Position numbers and translations under genes: made by a program | In this document: positions 54,318-64,000 of the stretch, in pieces | How the letters are laid out: every line of letters begins with the position of its first letter | How positions within the stretch are numbered: position 1 is the stretch's first letter | The notes under the pieces: model-generated | What the model saw: the letters and a program-made list of their open reading frames with translations, nothing else | Databases searched by the model: none | Told to the model about the DNA's origin: nothing | Origin: Paraspadella gotoi | Lineage: Eukaryota > Animalia > Chaetognatha | Direction: 5' to 3' | DNA: 64,000 bases | Assembly: GCA_051294375.1 (NCBI GenBank) | Contig: CM119265.1 | Location: 1,360,726 to 1,424,725 of the forward strand

Positions 54318-55043
54318 ACGAGAGGTCAAAATCGTAAAGGATTTTTAATGGACCAGTAAATCGTTAATGAGTAAAACAACAACAACAACAACAACAACAG
54401 AAACAATTATTGGTAATATAATTTAAAGCTCACAGAGGAGAATTAAATTGGCTCTCTTTTCCAAGAATACCCCATATTCGTTCGTTTATCCTCAAGTTTA
54501 ATTTTATTTTAATACATATTTAACTTGAATATATTTTTAAACTCATAAACCAATCCCTAACCTAATTTTTAATTTAAAAAAATTAATCTAATTCCGCATT
54601 TAAGACAAAATTGGTTGTTTTGGGAAAATAATGTCATTAGATTAACTCTTCCCAAAATCTTCACGTTAATTTTTATAACCGACGTTAAATATTTAAACTA
54701 ATTCCATAAACCGAATGGTCTGGTTTTAAAAAATAATTATTTTTTTTTTATTTCCTATAGAATCATCAGCATTCAAGCGGAATAATTTGTTTTTAAAGCC
54801 GTGTATACAATTTTTTACATTTTTATTTACAAAATATTTCCTCTTGAGAAAAAGTCGAAAAATGTCGATGACGACGACGACGACGACGACGACGATGGCT
54901 ACTAAGACAAAGACAAAGAAAATGAAGCAAAAATGAGAAGATTGTTAATGTTTGGTGAGATATTTTGTGAGATGAGAAAAAGTGGTCAAGAGATGTAAAG
55001 ATGATCACAGTCCTAATCTTCGTTTCTGTCATGATAATAATAG

Positions 55044-55126
<83 letters not shown>

Positions 55127-55127
55127 T

Positions 55128-55160
<33 letters not shown>

Positions 55161-55191
55161 ATATTATATATATATATTATATACAATATTA

Positions 55192-55294
<103 letters not shown>

Positions 55295-55383
55295 TTAATT
55301 ACCGTCATTACCCTTTTTACATTATTTTTACTAACTCAAAAATACGTCTTTGCCTGCAATGTATGCTCTTTTTTTTATTTTAG

Positions 55384-55455
55384 CAAAAACAAGAAAGAAA
55401 GCGACGGTAGAGACCCTGGCGGATCACGAAATAAACAAAGAAGAATAGAAAAAAG
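55384..55455 (+). CDS. Tyr/Arg/Ser-rich protein exon (KNKKESDGRDPGGSRNKQRRIEK)
   Basis: tttAG acceptor, GTAATA donor, phase 2-2. Confidence 0.6.
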
Positions 55456-56021
55456 GTAATAAAACAAAATACGTCAGAAAATACATGTTATTTTATTACA
55501 AATACCTGTTGTTTGGTTGATTGATGCAGAAATCTATACTAAATTAAAACATTATTTAGATCTTTTATTACTTGTAAAACCTACTTCATTTAAGGATAGT
55601 TGAACAATTGCACCATTTTTGACAATAATACATTTCAAACATTTCTGACATTTGCTATACATTCAAGTTTCATCGCTTCTATCACTTAAATCAGTCGCTA
55701 TCAATTCTCCCATTCTCTCTCACTTCCATCACAAACACCACCTCAGCCTCTATCACTTGTCCCCATTTCTATCACAACAACCATTATCACTCCTCCCACA
55801 ATCTGGAAGATTTTAAAAAAAATCCACAAAAGAAAAAAAAATCTCATCTCAGATCGAGATTTTTCCTTGAATCTCAAAACGAGTTTTCATTCATACAAAA
55901 ATTGGATGCGCTCTTTTCAATTGGCGTTGTTGTTGTTGTTGTCATTCTTTTTTACCTAAAAAATTCCGATGAAAACCTTTTACAAAATTTAATATCTCTC
56001 TCTCTCCCTCTCCCTCTCCAG

Positions 56022-56349
56022 TAACTCGGGATCATCTTACCGTGAGGAGTACAAAGGAAGTCATTCATCCTCATCGTCGTNNNNNNNNNNNNNNNNNNNN
56101 NNNNNNNNNNNNNNNNNNNNNNNNNNNNNNNNNNNNNNNNNNNNNNNNNNNNNNNNNNNNNNNNNNNNNNNNNNNNNNNNNNNNNNNNNNNNNNNNNNNN
56201 NNNNNNNNNNNNNNNNNNNNNNNNNNNNNNNNNNNNNNNNNNNNNNNNNNNNNNNNNNNNNNNNNNNNNNNNNNNNNNNNNNNNNNNNNNNNNNNNNNNN
56301 NNNNNNNNNNNNTTTACGATGAAAGGAAATTTTATAGCGAAAGATCAAG
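56022..56349 (+). CDS. Tyr/Arg/Ser-rich protein exon(s) spanning a gap (NSGSSYREEYKGSHSSSS...YDERKFYSERSR)
   Basis: ctccAG acceptor, GTAAAA donor, phase 2 at both ends. Confidence 0.65.
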
Positions 56350-56416
56350 GTAAAAATTTTTATGGATTCAAATCTTTCTCTCTTTCTCCCTTTCTATCCT
56401 TATGTATATCTGTAGT

Positions 56417-56985
56417 CAGGCTTTGCACAAGTTCACCCCGCCTATAAGCACGACACCTTCAGTCGTGACCCAGTGGCTCGTTGTGCAATATCATCAGCTC
56501 ATGACCATTAGGTACCGGGATCGATCCCCTATGGTACCTACCCTGTGGGAAGGGTGAAGACGGCCGGGTTCCAAGCAAAGGACTCTTTCCATTGTTGCTA
56601 AGGGGGCGCAGAAGATACATAGAGTAGTCTTCAGCTTACTTATTGCCTTTTCTCGTCAGCCCAATGTGGTCACCAGTGTGGATAAAGAGTGGGCTGAAGA
56701 TTACTATCCGTATCTTCTGTGCCCCCTCAACAGCAATGCAACTGGTCCTGGGCCTGGAACCAGTCTTTAAGGTTTTCCAGGCCCCAAGACAATTTATTGA
56801 CATTCTCACGGGGTATCTTATGGTTTTGAGCTGCTGGTATTACTCAATGAGCTATCGGGTCATGACTGAAAGAGTCATGTTAACTTATGCAATGCCCGAC
56901 TCCAGATATAAATAAATAATAATAATAAATAAATAATAATAATAATAAGAATAATAATAATAATAAATAATAATAAATAAATAAA
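56417..56985 (+). mobile_element. SINE-like intronic repeat with (AAT/AAAT)n tail and a long internal hairpin
   Basis: GC-richer block ending in an A-rich simple-repeat tail; diverged - strand copy at ~60110-60225. Confidence 0.5.
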
Positions 56986-57061
56986 TAGAAAGAAAGAACT
57001 TTTTGCAATGATCTCATAAATTCTCATTTTAATATCTTTCTTTCTTCCCCCAATTTCTCAG

Positions 57062-57695
57062 AAATTCGCCCCACCCCTCCTCCTCCTCCTCCTCCTCCTC
57101 CTCTCGCCAATCCCCTCCTCGGGATCAAACCTTCCATTCCTCCTACAACAACAACGACAACTATGCGTACGACGGCGAAAAATACACGTACGGCGGAGAA
57201 AATCAGGCGTACGACGAGAAAAAGTATTCGTACGACACGAACGATTACGGACGCGAGTCTGAGTACGGACAGAAAGAAAAGAAAGAGTACAAACGCGAAC
57301 AGCGCGATTCGTACGAACGAAAGGACCGTTCGTACGGACACGAGAAGCATTCGTACGGACACGGTGGCGAAGAAAAGACGAAGGAGTACGGGTACGACGG
57401 ATACAGCGGAAAGGAGACGTACGCGGGAGAGAGATACCCGGACAAAGGATCCTTCAAGAGCGAGAGGGAATCGTACGACCGAGAGGACGGGAAGAAGAGT
57501 ACTTACGAAAGGGAGTCGTACAAAGGGAGAAACCAAGATTCGTACGGCGAGAAGGAGAATTCGTACGGACACTCCTACGATCGATACAACGGGAAAGAAG
57601 ATGCGTACGGACGATCGGCGGAGATAGAGAGAGAGACGATTGGGCGAAGAGGAGAGGGAGAGAAGGAGAAGAGGGTAGGACGAGATGAATTACCG
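57062..57695 (+). CDS. Large Tyr-rich exon with SYG/SYD/EYG repeats
   Basis: ctcAG acceptor; ~210 open codons in a frame not in the ORF track; TAC periodicity; GTGAG donor (phase at the 3' end unresolved). Confidence 0.8.
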
Positions 57696-58234
57696 GTGAG
57701 GAGGAAGGGGAGGGAGGGAGGAAGGGAGAGGAAAGGGAGGGCGGGAGAGGGAGAGATGGAGGGAGAGGAGAGGAAGAAAGAGGAGGAAGGGAGTTAGAGG
57801 GAGGGAGGAGAGGGGAGGGGAGAGGGAGAGAAGAGGGGAGATGTGAGGAGATGGAGGGATGGAAGAAAGGAGAGAGGTGGGAGGGAGGGAAAAGAGGAGG
57901 AGGAGGGAGGGAGAGGGAAGGAAGAGGGAGGGAGCGAGGGAGGGATAGATGGAGGGAGAGAGGGAAGAGGGAAGGAAAGAGGGAGGGAGGAAGGAAGGGA
58001 GAGAGGGAGGAAGAGAGGGAGGGGAGAAGGGAGGTGTGAGGAGGGAAGGAAATAGAAGGGGAGGGACAAGGAGAGAGGGATAAAGAATAGGAGGAGGAAG
58101 AATATTGTTTCATTTTTGTTACAATACTTTTTATAACAGACTTATTTATAATTTTTATATCTAGTCTCATAAAGTAAGTAAAATATAAAGATTAATCGAT
58201 TTTTCCTTCGGAATTATAATTTTTTTGTATCCAG

Positions 58235-58546
58235 ATCCCTGGCTGGACAGAAGAGAAACAACTCCAGCCTACGGTGCCCATAATAGAGCCGCCTCCTACG
58301 GCTCCGCCTCTTCCTCTTACGGTGCTGCCTCTTCCTCTCACGGCGCCGCCTCATCCTCCAACGGCGCCGGCGCCAGCCCCGAGCGCCGCAGAGAATCCAA
58401 TTGGCGCCAACGCGAATCCGTAAGAGGAAAATCTTATCTGGATTCCAGGCGAAGGAGCAGAGGCGAAAAGGCGAATTCGCCGCGGAGGAGCGAGGACGAA
58501 GAAGGGCGATCGTCTTCGCCGCGTGGAGGAGGCTACGACGATCCAG
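58235..58546 (+). CDS. Exon with AYG/SYGAASSS repeats and an Arg/Ser-rich segment
   Basis: atccAG acceptor, GT donor, 312 nt phase 1-1; overlaps ORF 58225-58629. Confidence 0.75.
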
Positions 58547-58721
58547 GTGGCTGTGGTGGTGGGCTGTGGGTAGATGTGGTGGTCAATCGAAATGTGGTTG
58601 CGATATGGAAAATGGATGCGATCACGTGAGACAGTTTAATTATATTTAATTGTTAATATAAAAACTATCCATTCATTTAATAAATAAGCTACAATGATGG
58701 ACTAAAATCCACCAACCGTTC

Positions 58722-58800
58722 ATCAGCGGCCATTGATGCTGGAGTTATTCGCTTCCCAACCCAAAGGTCCGGGATTCTAGCCCGGTGGTCGCCCAGAGTA
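58722..58800 (+). mobile_element. tRNA-derived SINE head fragment
   Basis: Degenerate A/B-box-like sequence; resembles the segment captured in the long HINE (~15908-15990; ~39840-39920). Confidence 0.35.
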
Positions 58801-58932
58801 CCTGGCCCCTAACAATGAACTGGCATAATACATAAAATATTTCAATTGTATAAAAGTCATCGGACATTGTAATCTGACATTGTAATGAGACATTGTCATG
58901 AGACATTGTCATCTCACATCCCCGTCATTCAG

Positions 58933-59095
58933 CTTCTTCACCGACGTCAATTTGGAATCAAGGATTCGATTACAACGGTTGGTTCGCTGACGAACCACGC
59001 AGCGGAGGCGGCGGCAGCAGCGGCGGCAGCAGCAGCAGCTGGACGAGAGACGAAACTCGATTTTCGACGAAAAGAGAAAAAGGAGAAAGTAGGAG
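58933..59095 (+). CDS. Exon (SSPTSIWNQGFDYNGWFADEPRSGGGGSSGGSSSSWTRDETRF...)
   Basis: ttcAG acceptor, GTAAGT donor, phase 1-2 consistent with neighbouring exons. Confidence 0.75.
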
Positions 59096-59743
59096 GTAAG
59101 TTGAAGCAAGGTGAGATTAAAGTGAGAATTCTAAAAGCGAGTTTTAGATTAAACAAATATTAAATATTTCATAATATGAATCACAAAATAGGCGATGTGA
59201 ATGATTCTGATTACTTTAAGGCTCTTTCCTGGGAGTGATATCTCTGGGAGAGATACCGGCACAATCATTTTGTATTTTCCTTCTGGCTTCCATGAATGAA
59301 TTTAAACTTTTAATCAGACCCCCAACAAACCTCAATTTATCATTGATTGCCAATTTATACAGTAATATTTTTCAAATTCCCCCCTTTTTTTTCGAAGTCC
59401 CAATGTTTTTTCGGCAGAAGTTAAAATTTCGCTCAAACACTTGTGTCCCTAAATTTGGTCCAGACATTGAATGTTTTTAGTTTGTAAGAAAATATAAACT
59501 ATTTTAATAGTTTTTAGGGTATTGTCGGCGCCCCATTNNNNNNNNNNNNNNNNNNNNNNNNNNNNNNNNNNNNNNNNNNNNNNNNNNNNNNNNNNNNNNN
59601 NNNNNNNNNNNNNNNNNNNNNNNNNNNNNNNNNNNNNNNNNNNNNNNNNNNNNNNNNNNNNNNNNNNNNNNNNNNNNNNNNNNNNNNNNNNNNNNNNNNN
59701 NNNNNNNNNNNNNNNNNNNNNNNNNNNNNNNNNNNNNNNNNNN

Positions 59744-60054
59744 TCGAAAAGAGACGATTCAACTCACTACAGCAGATCGCCTCAACACTCCAGCAGATCC
59801 CTTCACCACAACAGCAGATCTCTTCATCCCAGAAGACATCTCGACTCCATCAAACCTCTATCTCGCCGCGGTCACCCCATCACTCACTCCAGCAAAGGAC
59901 CTGACAGAGGAGGAATCTCATCTCACTATAGCAGAGGACGGGACTCCAGTCTTCACAGGAGCAGAACCTTTCACTCCTCGAGATCGATTCACGCTTCCAG
60001 ACCCTTTCACACATCTCGCTCTCACTCTTTTCCGTCGGTTCACTCCAGAGAAAG
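59744..60054 (+). CDS. His-Ser-Ser-Arg repeat exon (5' end in gap)
   Basis: Open frame with HSSR/HYSR/HTSR repeats; phase-2 GT donor. Confidence 0.7.
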
Positions 60055-60348
60055 GTGATCATGTCGCTTGACTGTTGTCTGGTTGGCGCTGGACTCTGTT
60101 ATTCCATGAGTCACGTGAACTTGCAATCAGTAAACCGGGGCATGGAAAACCCTCAAGCCAGGTTCCAAACCCAGGACTCGTTCCATTAAAAGAAATTGCG
60201 GATAGTAATCTTCGGCCGACTTTTAAAACGCCTTATATACACTTACACGGGAGTTCTTTCGACCATTAATTTCTTCACAATATACGTATATTATTTTATT
60301 AACAAACTAATTAATGTTCAATTCCTAATTTGTATATTTAACTTCAAG

Positions 60349-60556
60349 AAACTCGGCTCCTCGTCGACGAACGAACGAAAAATCGAATCACGAAATTCGA
60401 AGGAAGAATCGAGAAAGAGAAAGACCGACCGACCAAGGAAGAAGATACCAATCGCATTTGGCCGAGGAGAACGGATGGGAAGAACCGGGTTACGAATACG
60501 GGAGAACGGGAAGAACTGGGAGAACGGAGAGGGGAAGAAGATTGGAGAACATTAAG
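60349..60556 (+). CDS. Arg-rich exon (NSAPRRRTNEK...GYEYGRTGRTGRTERGRRLENIK)
   Basis: AG acceptor phase 2, GTAAAG donor phase 0. Confidence 0.7.
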
Positions 60557-61247
60557 GTAAAGAAGACATTAACCGTAGAAAGATACGATATTGACAGAAT
60601 CAAATTTAATACAAACGGACAGACTCAAAGTGACATTAAATCGATATTGAAAGAGATGTTAAGATCGGACAATTACCTTAATTATAATTTTTTTTTCTTT
60701 ACTTCCTCTCCTTACTTCCTCTCCTTACTTCCTCTCCTAACTTCTATCCTTACTTCCTCTTCTTACTTCCTCGCCACTTCAACATTCTTCTCCTTCCCTT
60801 CCTCCCTCCTCTCCCCTTTCTCTCCTCCCTCCCTCCCTCTCTCCTCCTCCTTCTTCCCTTCCTCCCTATCTCTTCCCCCTCCCCTCCCTCTTCTCCTCTC
60901 TCCCTCCCCTTCTCCCTTCTCCCCTCCTTTCTTCTTTCCCTCTCTTCCTCCCTCCCTCTTCCCCCTTCCCTCCCTCTCTCTTTTCTCCCTCCCTCTCTCC
61001 CTCCCTCCTCTCTCTCTGCTCCTCCCTCCCTTCTCTTTTCCCCTTCTTTCTCTCTCCCCTCCCTTCCTCCCTCCCTCCACTCTCTCCCTCCTCTCTCCCC
61101 TCCCTCCCTCCTTCCCTCTCCTCCTCCTTTCTCTTCTCCTCTCTCCCTTCCTTCCTTCCTCTCCCTTCCTCCTCCCTCCTTCTCTCCCCTTCCTCCTCTA
61201 TCTTCTCCTCCCTTCCTCCCTCCCCTCCCTCCCTCTCTCCCCCCCAG

Positions 61248-61523
61248 CTCGCTTCCAACGCGACCAACCCATCCAATTCCTCCCCTTCTTCATCTTCCTC
61301 TTCCAATTCTCCTCCTCCGCATCCGACGCCGCAAAAACCCATCGAATTCGTTCCGGCGTCGAAAGTATCCAGAGAGGACGCCGCGACGCCGGGGTTTCCC
61401 ATCCCGGGGCGTCCGGCGTCGTCCTCGTCGTCTTTCAAGGCGCCGTACACGATTCCATCGTGGCATTATTGGAGCGCGCCGAAAATGATTGGCGCGCCGG
61501 AGGAAAAGGCGCCGGTCGAATAA
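61248..61523 (+). CDS. Probable terminal Pro/Ser-rich exon (...KAPYTIPSWHYWSAPKMIGAPEEKAPVE*)
   Basis: ~500 nt pyrimidine tract plus cAG; phase 0 matches the previous exon; TAA stop. Confidence 0.65.
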   Translation, partial: LASNATNPSNSSPSSSSSSNSPPPHPTPQKPIEFVPASKVSREDAATPGFPIPGRPASSSSSFKAPYTIPSWHYWSAPKMIGAPEEKAPVE

Positions 61524-61589
61524 GAGGGAAGTGGAGGAAGGAGAAAGGCGGTGAAGAGTTGTGAAGAGTTGTGAGGAGTTGAAGAGAAC

Positions 61590-62050
61590 GTGACTGTGAT
61601 ATGTGACGGTGAAACGTGACTGTGATATGTGACAGTGAAACGTGACTGTGATATGTGACAGTGAAACGTGATTGTGACATGTGACAGTGAAACGTGACTG
61701 TGATATGTGACAGTGAAAGGTGACAGTCGAGAATGGAGGTGAAGCATGAGTGTGGAGAGTGGCATTGAAGCGTGGCTGTGAAGAGTGACAATGAGGGGTG
61801 ACGGTTAGTGGTGAATTCAAAGCGTGATGGTGATATGTGACAGTGTAGCGTGTCCTTGAGGAGTGGCAATTAAGCATGACAATGAGTTTAGACAGTGAGC
61901 AATAATAAAGTTGAACAGTGAGACAAGGAGGGGTGTCTGTGAGGCTTGATGGTGAGGCATGACAGTGAGGAATGGTATTGAAGCGTGTCCGTGAGGCGTG
62001 GCAGTAATATGTGACGGTGAAGCGTGACAGTTAGACGTGGCTGTGAAGCT
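61590..62050. repeat. 26 bp minisatellite gtgactgtgatatgtgacagtgaaac, about 5 copies then degenerate
   Basis: Direct inspection. Confidence 0.85.
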
Positions 62051-62169
62051 TAGCAGAGATGGTGCGCAAAGCTCTCAGTCCAAAGTGATGACATTTCAAA
62101 ACCACGTGTCTTTTTTCGTTTAAAAATATATATTTAATAAATAAAGTTACGTTACTAAATGTTTATTAA

Positions 62170-62768
62170 GGCGTAGTAAAATTTCTAAATTTAACTTTAA
62201 TTAAAATTCTAAAAGTGAGGAACGAACAACATTATACTAATGAACATTTATGTAATAAAAAAATTTATAATAAATTTTACAATTTACGCAGTAGGCCATA
62301 TTTATACTAGTACTAAACCAATAAATGTTAAAATTTCAAACCAGTTTTTTCTAAGATTTTTTTTGCAGATTTGGATTCGTCATAAAAAGTTGATAAAAAG
62401 AAATATAATTCTTTTTGAAAAATTCCTTCATTAAGTGGGTGGAAAATTAAAAAAAGCTATATTTTAAAATGAAAATTAACTTTTTATATATTAAATATTT
62501 TTTTTTAATTTTTAACCCACTTAATGAAAGAATTTTTAAAAATGATTTATATTTTCTTTTATCAACTTTTGACGAGGAATTCAAATCTGCAATCAAAATT
62601 AAGAAAAGCCTATTTTGAAATTTTTCGATTTTATAAGGATAGTACTATATATAAATATAGCCTACTGCAAAAATTAAAAAACATAAAATTAATTTTTTTT
62701 ACAAATTAATGTTCACTGATGGTATGTTGTTGACTTTTAGAATTTTCGTATGTAACTTTCACTACGCC
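62170..62768. mobile_element. Non-autonomous DNA transposon, Kolobok-like (TTAA TSD, GG...CC termini)
   Basis: ttaa-GGCGTAGT...ACTACGCC-ttaa; long imperfect internal inverted repeats. Confidence 0.65.
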
Positions 62769-63056
62769 TTAATGTTTATATAAGTTTTATAAAAATTAAG
62801 AGTTCCGAGTTGGTGTTTATTTATTTTCATGAATTTTTATTTACATTTCCCTCAGCAGAGGTTTTTTTTATTATCTTTGAAACTTGTATCATAGTTCTTT
62901 TTTTTCTACTTTTACACATAGTTTAATTTAGTATGAATAAAATATCAAATTAATCACTTTTTGCTGTTTCATTATTGTTCCAAAAAAATAGGTCAGTTAA
63001 GAACAAGTTTAGTAAAAATGTAACCATTTCGATTAAATGTATCTATCTCAACAATG

Positions 63057-63119
<63 letters not shown>

Positions 63120-63254
63120 GTCCTTCACTAATTTCCATCACATCTCTACCCTCACAAATATTCAAACATACAGGAAAACATTCAAATAGTTTTATTTTCT
63201 CATAATGTTAATCGGTTGTCATTAACATCATTACTTTTCACTTTAACTTTATAC

Positions 63255-63422
63255 TTATACTCTTGATAGATAGTAACTGACTTCTTTTGCTCCGTATCTT
63301 TGTTGACAACACATCATACAACTGACAATTTTATCACCAATGAACCAAAAAGCTCCAGTCGTTCCGGGGTCTTTCTTTTCGCAACTTTTTTCAACCCCCG
63401 TCGCGCAAAAGTCTCCATTACC
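63255..63422 (-). CDS. Candidate Cys-containing exon (GNGDFCATGLKKVAKKKDPGTTGAFWFIGDKIVSCMMCCQQRYGAKEVSYYLSRV*)
   Basis: cttAG acceptor, 55 open codons of non-repetitive sequence; more coding-like sequence upstream at 63470-63810. Confidence 0.3.
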   Translation of the reverse strand, partial: GNGDFCATGVEKSCEKKDPGTTGAFWFIGDKIVSCMMCCQQRYGAKEVSYYLSRV

Positions 63423-64000
63423 CTAAGATAAGGATATGAGATTAGTACAACCATTATAAGAATTATCCATTCATTTCATAAATAAGCTATCTTGCCCCTG
63501 ACTTTGGACAGGCTTTGGTGGTTTAAGGCCTCCATCACTCTTACAAGATAATAACTTAGCAGGTCTCTGCAAGCTTTTAATCAAGACTCTCTCACAGTCT
63601 AGTTTATTCCCAATCGATGAAGTGGTATAATGTTTTAAAGAATGTTTAACTTGTGAAAAGGACCACTCCCTAAGTATTAGATCGGGGAATACTCTGCAAG
63701 GACATTCTGCAAAGAGCTGTCGCACCATCTTAAAGTGATCTTTAAAAAATTACTTCCACTAATTTCCAAAGGCACCTCATTCCTGTTCTTATCATCGCAA
63801 GAGAATGAACCTAACCCAAAGCAGAATCGGATCTGTCTTAAAAATCCATGAGTTTTCCCTTAAATGCTAATCTCTGAAATTAATTTTTAACCTGATAGCT
63901 AACTCTAATCCTTCTCCAAATATTTATTCTGATCTTTTAACCCTAACTCTAATCCCTAATTGTAAACCTTAAACTTTAACTTTAATCCCTGACCATATCT

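Noticed and set aside
57163-57627. Arg/Thr-rich protamine-like ORF and its antisense Val-rich ORF
   Set aside because: Alternative frames of the Tyr-rich exon; the splice phase of the upstream exon selects the Tyr frame
61590-61720. CRISPR-like array or His/Cys repeat protein (ORFs 61290-61877)
   Set aside because: No unique spacers; a simple 26 bp minisatellite in a eukaryotic context

Overview
This is eukaryotic (invertebrate animal-like), very AT- and microsatellite-rich draft genomic DNA; no prokaryotic genes are evident. Most ORFs in the supplied track are microsatellite noise, and the real coding sequence is in short spliced exons. (1) A + strand secreted, extremely His-rich precursor gene (ATG 2002 to ~32800) is built from phase-1 exons with furin-type sites. 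(2) A + strand Tyr/Ser/Arg/Gly-rich low-complexity gene spans ~55384-61523. (3) A chitin-binding type-2 domain C-terminus lies at 53285-53380, and there are weaker - strand exon candidates. Mobile DNA includes DINE-1/HINE-like non-autonomous Helentrons (one apparently polymorphic), two LTR-like elements each ending in a copy of a different mature tRNA-Leu 3' end, a TTAA-flanked Kolobok-like element, MITEs with telomere-like interiors and SINE-like repeats. About 30 kb (~6.8-11.1, 14.1-23.1, 34.7-51.4 kb) is error-rich inverted re-copy of neighbouring sequence, consistent with long-read gap-filling artefact, although it recovers exons and alleles missing from the main path. All alignments and translations were done by eye.
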